A stretch of 64,000 nucleotides of DNA from assembly GCF_964355755.1 (NCBI RefSeq), contig NC_092677.1, positions 20,296,101 through 20,360,100 on the forward strand. The letters are read 5' to 3'. Positions 55,101 to 64,000 of this stretch are shown piece by piece (positions within the stretch are counted from its first letter, which is position 1; the number at the start of each line of letters is the position of its first letter). The notes beneath the pieces were generated by a model that searched no databases, had not been told where the DNA came from, and was given only the letters and a program-made list of their open reading frames with translations. The translations under genes were made by a program, and so were the position numbers. This DNA comes from Antedon mediterranea (lineage: Eukaryota; Animalia; Echinodermata).

Positions 55101-58100
55101 CCTGAGCATTACCCGTTACGCCACAAACCAGTAGATGACTGAAGAGCTGATAATAGTCTATTTATATGAAATGAATGATCAATCAATGAAAAATAATGCC
55201 ATGCAACTTTGTTTCTGATTTTAAAAAAGGTCCACTTGTTTAGGCCTGACATTTACAACCCTCAAAATATCTCACTTTCAAAAACCATATTTATTTTCAA
55301 TTTAAAAAAAAAAGAAAAAAAATATCCCTAGAGGTTCGACCCACTACTCAGAGCACTCAAAACTGAGCATTACCCGTTACGCCACAAACCAGTAGATGAC
55401 TGAAGAGCTGATAATAGTCTATTTATATGAAATGAATGATCAATCAATGAAAAATAATGCCATGCAACTTTGTTTCTGATTTAAAAAAAGGTTCACTTGT
55501 TTAGGCCTGACATTTACAACCCTAAAAATATCTCACTTTCAAAAACAATATTTCTTTTCAATTTAAAAAAAAAATCCCTAGAGGTTCGAACCCACTACTG
55601 AGAGAACTCAAACCTGAGCATTATCCGTTACGCCACCAACCAGTAGGTGACTGAGGAGCTGATAATAGTCTATTTATATGAAATGAATGATCAATCAATG
55701 AAAAATAATGCCATGCAACTTTGTTTCTGATTTTAAAAAAGGTCCACTTGTTTAGGCCTGATATTTACAACCCTCAAAATATCTCACTTTCAAAAACAAT
55801 ATTTATTTAAAAAAAAAAAAAAAAAGAAACAAAATATCCGTAGAGGTTCGAACCCACTAGTGAGAGCACTCAAACTTGAGCTTTACCCGTTACGCCACAA
55901 ACCAGTAGATGACTGAAGAGCTGATAATACTCTATTTATATGAAATAAATAATAAATCAATGAAAAATAATGTCATGCAACTTTGTTTCTGATTTTAAAA
56001 AAGGTCCACTTGTTTAGGCCTGATATTTACAACCCTCAAAATATCTCACTTTCAAAAACCATATTTATTTTCAATTTAAAAAAAAAAGAAAAAAAATATC
56101 CCTAGAGGTTCGACCCACTACTCAGAGCACTCAAACCTGAGCATTACCCGTTACGCCACAAACCAGTAGATGACTGAAGAGCTGATAATAGTCTATTTAT
56201 ATGAAATGAATGATCAATCAATGAAAAATAATGCCATGCAACTTTGTTTCTGATTTTAAAAAAGGTCCACTTGTTTAGGCCTGATATTTACAACCCTCAA
56301 AATATCTCACTTTCAAAAACCATATTTATTTTCAATTTAAAAAAAAAAGAAAAAAAATATCCCTAGAGGTTCGACCCACTACTCAGAGCACTCAAACCTG
56401 AGCATTACCCGTTACGCCACAAACCAGTAGATGACTGAAGAGCTGATAATAGTCTATTTATATGAAATGAATGATCAATCAATGAAAAATAATGCCATGC
56501 AACTTTGTTTCTGATTTTAAAAAAGGTCCACTTGTTTAGGCCTGACATTTACAACCCTCAAAATATCTCACTTTCAAAAACAATATTTATTTTCAATAAG
56601 AAAAAAAAAGCAATATCCCTAGAGGTTGGAACCCGCTACTGAGAGCACTCAAACCTGGGTATTACCCGTTACGCCACAAACCAGTAGATGACTGAAGAGC
56701 TGATAATAGTCTATTTATATGAAATGAATGATCAATCAATGAAAAATAATGCCATGCAACTTTGTTTCTGATTTTAAAAAAGGTCCACTTGTTTAGGCCT
56801 GACATTTACAACCCTCAAAATATCTCACTTTCAAAAACAATATTTATTTTCAATTTTAAAAAAAAAGCCCTAGAGGTTCGAACCCACTACTGAGAGAACT
56901 CAAACCTGAGCATTATCCGTTACGCCACCAACCAGTAGGTGACTGAGGAGCTGATAATAGTCTATTTATATGAAATGAATGATCAATCAATGAAAAATAA
57001 TGCCATGCAACTTTGTTTCTGATTGAAAAAAAGGTTCACTTGTTTTGGCCTGACATTTACAACCCTCAAAATATCTCACTTTCAAAAACAATATTTTTTC
57101 AATTAAAAAAAAAAAAGAAATAAAATATCAGTAGAGGTTCGAACCCTCTAGTGAGAGCACTCAAACTTGAGCATTACCCGCTACGCCACAAACCAGTAGA
57201 TGACTGAAGAGCTGATAATACTCTATTTATATGAAATCAATAATAAATCAATGAAAAATAATGCCATGCAACTTTGTTTCTGATTTTAAAAAAGGTTCAT
57301 TTGTTTAGGCCTGTCATTTACAACCCTCAAAATATCTCACCTTCAAAAAAAATATTTATTTTCAATAAAAAAAAAAAGAAAAGAAATATCCCTAGAGGTT
57401 CGAACCCACTACTGCGAGCACTCAAACTTGAGCATTACCCGTTACGCCTCAAACCAGTAGATGACTGAAGAGCTGATAATACTCTATTTATATGAAATGA
57501 ATAATAAATCAATCAAAAATAATGCCATGCAACTTTGTTTCTGATTTTAAAAAAGGTTCTCTTGTTTAGGCCTGACATTTACAACCCTCAAAATATCTCA
57601 CCTTCAAAAACAATATTTATTTTCAAATAAAAAAAAAAGAAAAAAAATATCCCTAGAAGTTCGAACCCACTATTGAAATCACTCAAACCTGAGCATTACC
57701 CGTTCGCCGCAAACCATTTTATGACTGAAGAGCTGATAATAGTCTACTTATATGAAATGGATGATCAATCAATGAAAAATAATGCCATGCAACTTTGTTT
57801 CTGATTTTAAAAAAGGTTCACTTGTTTAGGCCTGACAGTTGCAACCCTAAAAATATCTCACTTTCAAAAACAATATTTATTTTCAATTAAAAAAAAAGAA
57901 AAAAAAATACCCGTATAGGTTCGAACCCACTACTGAGAGCACTCAAACCTGAGCATTACACGTTACGCCAAAAACCAGTAGATGACTGAGGAGCTGATAA
58001 TAGTCTATATATATGAAATGAATGATCAATCAATGAAAAATAATGCCATGCAACTTTGTTTCTGATTGAAAAAAATGTTCACTTGTTTAGGCCTCACATT

Positions 58101-60063
58101 TACAACCCTCAAAATATCTCACTTTCAAAAACAATATTTTTTCAATTAAAAAAAAAAAGAAATAAAATATCAGTAGAGGTTCGAACCCACTAGTGAGAGC
58201 ACTCAAACTTGAGCATTACCCGCTACGCCACAAACCAGTAGATGACTGAAGAGCTGATAATACTCTATTTATATGAAATAAATAATAAATCAATGAAAAA
58301 TAATGCCATGCAACTTTGTTTCTGATTTTAAAAAAGGTCCACTTGTTTAGGCCTGATATTTACAACCCTCAAAATATCTCACTTTCAAAAACCATATTTA
58401 TTTTCAATTTAAAAAAAAAGAAAAAAAATATCCCTAGAGGTTCGACCCACTACTCAGAGCACTCAAACCTGAGCATTACCCGTTACGCCACAAACCAGTA
58501 GATGACTGAAGAGCTGATAATAGTCTATTTATATGAAATGAATGATCAATCAATGAAAAATAATGCCATGCAACTTTGTTTCTGATTTTAAAAAAGGTCC
58601 ACTTGTTTAGGCCTGACATTTACAACCCTCAAAATATCTCACTTTTAAAAACCATATTTATTTTCAATGTAAAAAAAAAGAAAAAAAGTATCCCTAGAGG
58701 TTCGACCCACTACTCAGAGCACTCAAACCTGAGCATTACTCGTTACGCCACAAACCAGTAGATGACTGAAGAGCTGGTAATAGTCTATTTATATGAAATG
58801 AATTATCAATCAATGAAAAATAATGCCATGCAACTTTGTTTCTGATTTTAAAAAAGATCCATTTGTTTAGGCCTGACATTTACAACCCTAAAAAATATCT
58901 CATTTTCAAAAAAAATATTTATTTTCAATAAGAAAAAAAAAAGCAATATCCCTAGAGGTTGGAACCTGCTACTGAGAGCACTCAAACCTGGGTATTACCC
59001 GTTACGCCACAAACCAGTAGATGACTGAAGAGCTGATAATAGTCTATTTATATGAAATGAATGATCAATCAATGAAAAATAATGCCATGCAACTTTGTTT
59101 CTGATTTAAAAAAAGGTCCACTTGTTTAGGCCTGACATTTACAACCCTCAAAATATCTCACTTTCAAAAACAATATTTATTTTCAATTTAAAAAAAAAAT
59201 CCCTAGAGGTTCGAACCCACTACTGAGAGAACTCAACCCTCAAAATATCTCACTTTCAAAAACAATATTTTTTCAATTTAAAAAAAAAAAGAAATAAAAT
59301 ATCAGTAGAGGTTCGAAGGTTCGAAGTGAGAGCACTCAAACTTGAGCATTACCCGCTACGCCACAAACCAGTAGATGACTGAAGAGCTGATAATACTCTA
59401 TTTATATGAAATAAATAATAAATCAATGAAAAATAATGCCATGCAACTTTGTTTCTGATTTTAAAAAAGGTTCATTTGTTCAGGCCTGTCATTTACAACC
59501 CTCAAAATATCTCACCTTCAAAAAAAATATTTATTTTCAATAAAAAAAAAAAAGAAAAGAAATATCCCTAGAGGTTCGAACCCATTACTGCGAGCACTCA
59601 AACTTGAGCATTACCCGTTACGCCTCAAACCAGTAGATGACTGAAGAGCTGATAATACTCTATTTATATGAAATGAATAATAAATCAATCAAAAATAATG
59701 CCATGCAACTTTGTTTCTGATTTTAAAAAAGGTTCACTTGTTTAGGCTTGACATTTACAAACCTCAAAATATCTCACCTTCAAAAACAATATTTATTTTC
59801 AAATAAAAAAAAAAGAAAAAAAATATCCCTAGAAGTTCGAACCCACTATTGAAATCACTCAAACCTGAGCATTACCCGTTCGCCGCAAACCATTTTATGA
59901 CTGAAGAGCTGATAATAGTCTATTTATATGAAATGGATGATCAATCAATGAAAAATAATGCCATGCAACTTTGTTTCTGATTTTAAAAAAGGTTCACTTG
60001 TTTAGGCCTGACAGTTGCAACCCTAAAAATATCTCACTTTCAAAAACAATATTTATTTTCAAT
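55101..60063. repeat. Block B' (copy of 25790-30752)
   Basis: Same diagnostic variants in the same order as block B. Confidence 0.9.
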
Positions 60064-61059
60064 TAAAAAAAAAAGAAAAAAAAATACCCGTATAGGTTCG
60101 AACCCACTACTGAGAGCACTCAAACCTGAGCATTACACGTTACGCCACAAACCAGTAGATGACTGAGGAGCTGATAATAGTCTATATATATGAAATGAAT
60201 GATCAATCAATGAAAAATAATGCCATGCAACTTTGTTTCTGATTGAAAAAAATGTTCACTTGTTTAGGCCTGACATTTACAACCCTCAAAATATCTCACT
60301 TTCAAAAACAATATTTATTTTCAAATAAAAAAAAAAAAAAAAATATCCCTAGAAGTTCGAACCCACTATTGAAATCACTCAAAACTGAGCATTACCCGTT
60401 ACGCCGCAAACCAGTATATAACTGAAGAGCTGATAATAGTCTATTTATATGAAATGGATGATCAACCAATGAAAAATAATGCCATGCAACTTTGTTTCTG
60501 ATTTTAAAAAAGATCCACTTGTTTAGGCCTGACATTTACAACCCTCAAAATATCTCACTTTCAAAAACAATATTTATTTTCAATTTAAAAAAAAAAAAAA
60601 AACCCTAGAGGTTCGAACCCACTACTGAAAGCACTCAAACCTGAGCATTATCCGTTACGCCACAAACCAGTAGATGACTGCGGAGCTGATAATAGTCCAT
60701 TTATATGAAATGAATGATCAATCAATGAAAAATAATGCCATGCAACTTTGTTTCTGATTTTAAAAAAGGTCCACTTATTTAGGCCTGACATTTACAACCC
60801 TCAAAATATCTCACTTTCAAAAACAATATTTATTTTCAATTAAAAAAAAAAGAAAAAAACATATTCGTAGAGGTTCGAACCCACTACTGCGAGAACTCAA
60901 ACCTGAGCACTACCGGTTACGCCACAAACCAGTAGATGACTGAAGAGCTGATAACAGTCTATTTATATGAAATGAATGATCCATCAATGTAAAATGATGT
61001 TATGCAACTTTGTTTCTGATTTTAAAAAAAGGTCCACTTGGTTAGGCTTGACATTTAAA

Positions 61060-64000
61060 ACCCTCAAAATATCTCACTTTCAAAAACAATATTTTTTTCA
61101 ATAAAAAAAAAAAAAAGAAAAAAAATATTCGTAGAGGTTCGAACCCACTACTGCGAGAACTCAAACCTGAGCATTACCCGTTACGCCTCAAACCAGTAGA
61201 TGACTGAAGAGCTGATAATACTCTATTTATATGAAATTAATAATAAATCAATGAAAAATAATGCCATGCAACTTTGTTTCTGATTTTAAAAAAGGTTCAC
61301 TTGTTTAGGCCTGACATTTACAACCCTCAAAATATCTCACTTTCAAAAACAATATTTATTTTAAATAAAAAAAAAAAAGAAACAAAATATCCGTAGAGGT
61401 TCGAACCCACTAGTGAGAGCACTCAAACTTGAGCATTACCCGTTACGCCACAAACCAGTAGATGACTGAAGAGCTGATAATACTCTATTTATATGAAATA
61501 AATAATAAATCAATGAAAAATAATGCCATGCAACTTTGTTTCTGATTTTAAAAAAGGTCCACTTGCTTAGGCCTGACATTTACAACCCTCAAAATATCTC
61601 ACTTTCAAAAACAATATTTATTTTCAATAAAAAAAAAAAAATAAAAAAGTTCGTAGAGGTTCGAACCCACTACTGCGAGAACTCAAACCTGAGCATTACC
61701 CGTTACGCCTCAAATCAGTAGATGACTGAAGAGCTGATAATAGTCTATTTATATGAAATGAATGATCAATCAATGAAAAATAATGCCATGCAACTTTGTT
61801 TCTGATTTAAAAAAAGGTTCACTTGTTTAGGCCTGACATTTACAACCCTAAAAATATCTCACTTTCAAAAACAATATTTATTTTCAATTTTAAAAAAAAA
61901 ATCCCTAGAGGTTCGAACCCACTACTGAGAGAACTCAAACCTGAGCATTATCCGTTACGCAACCAACCAGTAGGTGACTGAGGAGCTGATAATAGTCTAT
62001 TTATATGAAATGAATGATCAATCAATGAAAAATAATGCCATGCAACTTTGTTTCTGATTTTAAAAAAGGTTCACTTGTTTTGGCCTGACATTTACAACCC
62101 TCAAAATATCTCACTTTCAAAAACAATATTTTTTCAATTAAAAAAAAAAAAGAAATAAAATATCAGTAGAGGTTCGAACCCACTAGTGAGAGCAATCAAA
62201 CTTGAGCATTACCCGTTACGCCACAAACCAGTAGATGACTGAAGAGCTGATAATAGTCTATTTATATGAAATGAATGATCAATCAATGAAAAATAATGCC
62301 ATACAACTTTGTTTCTGATTTTAAAAAAGGTTCACTTGTTTAGGCCTGATATTTACAACCCTCAAAATATCTCACTTTCAAAAACCATATTTATTTTCAA
62401 TTTAAAAAAAAAGAAAAAAAATATCCCTAGAGGTTCGACCCACTACTCAGAGCACTCAAACCTGAGCATTACCCGTTACGCCACAAACCAGTAGATGACT
62501 GAAGAGCTGATAATAGTCTATTTATATGAAATGAATGATCAATCAATGAAAATAATGCCATGCAACTTTGTTTCTGATTTTAAAAAAGGTCCACTTGTTT
62601 AGGCCTGACATTTACAACCCTCAAAATATCTCACTTTCAAAAACAATATTTATTTTCAATTAAAATAAAAAGAAAAAAAATATTCGTAGAGGTTCGAACC
62701 CACTACTCAGAGCACTCAAAACTGAGCATTACCCGTTACGCCACAAACCAGTAGATGACTGAAGAGCTGATAATAGTCTATTTATATGAAATTAAAAATA
62801 AATCAATGAAAAATAATGCAATGCAACTTTGTTTCTGATTTTAAAAAAGGTTCACTTGTTTAGGCCTGACATTTACAACCCTCAAAATATTTCATTTTCA
62901 AAAACAATATTTATTTTAAATAAAAAAAAAAGAAACAAAATATCCGTAGAGGTTCGAACCCACTAGTGAGAGCACTCAAACTTGAGCATTACCCGTTACG
63001 CCACAAACCAGTAGATGACTGAAGAGCTGATAATACTCTATTTATATGAAATAAATAATAAATCAATGAAAAATAATGCCATGCCACTTTGTTTCTGATT
63101 TTAAAAAAGGTCCACTTGTTTAGGCCTGATATTTACAACCCTCAAAATATCTCACTTTCAAAAACAATATTTATTTTAAATAAAAAAAAAAAAAATATCC
63201 GTAGAGGTTCGAACCCACTAGTGAGAACACTCAAACTTGAGCATTACCCGTTACGCCACAAACCAGTAGATAACTGAAGAGCTGATAATAGTCTATTTAT
63301 ATGAAATGAATGATCAATCAATGAAAAATAATGCCATGCAACTTTGTTTCTGATTTTAAAAAATGTCCACTTGTTTAGGCCTGACATTTACAACCCTCAA
63401 AATATCTCACTTTCAAAAACAATATTTTTTTCAATTAAAAAAAAAAAAGAAAAAAAATATTCGTAGAGGTTCGAACCCACTACTGCGAGAACTCAAACCT
63501 GAGCATTACCCGTTACGCCTCAAACCAGTAGATGACTGAAGAGCTGATAATACTCTATTTATATGAAATTAATAATAAATCAATGAAAAATAATGCCATG
63601 CAACTTTGTTTCTGATTTTAAAAAAGGTTCACTTGTTTAGGCCTGACATTTACAACCCTCAAAATATCTCACTTTCAAAAACAATATTTATTTTAAATAA
63701 TAAAAAAAAAAAAACAAAATACCCGTAGAGGTCCGAACCCACTAATGAGAGCACTCAAACTTGAGCATTACCCGTTACGCCACAAACCAGTAGATGACTG
63801 AAGAGCTGACAATACTCTATTTATATGAAATAAATAATAAATCAATGAAAAATAATGCCATGCAACTTTGTTTCTGATTTTAAAAAAGGTCCACTTGTTT
63901 AGGCCTGACATTTACAACCCTCAAAATATCTCACTTTCAAAATCCATATTTATTCTCAATTTAAAAAAAAAAGAAAAAAAATATCCTTAGAGGTTCGACC
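61060..64000. repeat. Block C' (copy of 46421-49361, truncated by the window edge)
   Basis: The last window bases atccttagaggttcgacc match 49344-49361. Confidence 0.9.

Larger units (their letters stand above)
44969..64000. repeat. Tandem satellite array, same family (right part, continues beyond the window)
   Basis: The same monomer resumes in register (aaaaggttcacttgtttaggcc) immediately after the insertion and continues to base 64000. Confidence 0.98.

Noticed and set aside
1085-63277. About 50 near-identical 60-66 aa ORFs (MFLILKKVHLFRPDIYNPQ...)
   Set aside because: They are translations of the satellite monomer, mostly from a TTG start. The frame depends on A-tract length and switches freely between copies, and most monomers lack the ORF. 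They are not a gene family.
676-64000. CRISPR array or other repeat-spacer system
   Set aside because: There are no unique spacers: the whole 260-bp unit is repeated. There are no cas-like ORFs and the context is eukaryotic.
676-64000. 5S rDNA or snRNA tandem array, or a centromere assignment
   Set aside because: I recognise no similarity to 5S or spliceosomal RNAs. Centromeric function cannot be inferred from sequence alone.

Overview
Eukaryotic, AT-rich, non-coding window, probably from an invertebrate animal; the taxon cannot be determined. About 675 bp of unique flank is followed by a head-to-tail tandem satellite of ~255-263 bp monomers (roughly 235-240 copies by length) that runs off the right edge. 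On the minus strand the typical monomer carries a tRNA-derived RNA polymerase III-type cassette in the order TATAAATA, A box (TGGCGTAACGG), palindromic B box (GGTTCGAACC), oligo-T. Box spacing is tRNA-like, but there is no pairing acceptor stem. The array is interrupted once (43426-44968) by a non-autonomous Helentron-type (HINE/DINE-1-like) element on the minus strand. It has 12-bp subterminal inverted repeats and terminal hairpins, and sits in a T/A run. The element is composite, with two sets of ends, and carries four degenerate tRNA-Val(AAC) copies. The array shows monomer subfamilies, local 2-, 3-/6- and 4-mer higher-order repeats, and near-identical multi-kb block duplications (offsets 15437, 29311, 14639, ~2906, 1448). 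One duplication starts at the apex of the HINE terminal hairpin. No protein-coding gene is supported; nearly all listed ORFs are translations of the satellite monomer. All comparisons were made by eye, and block boundaries are approximate.
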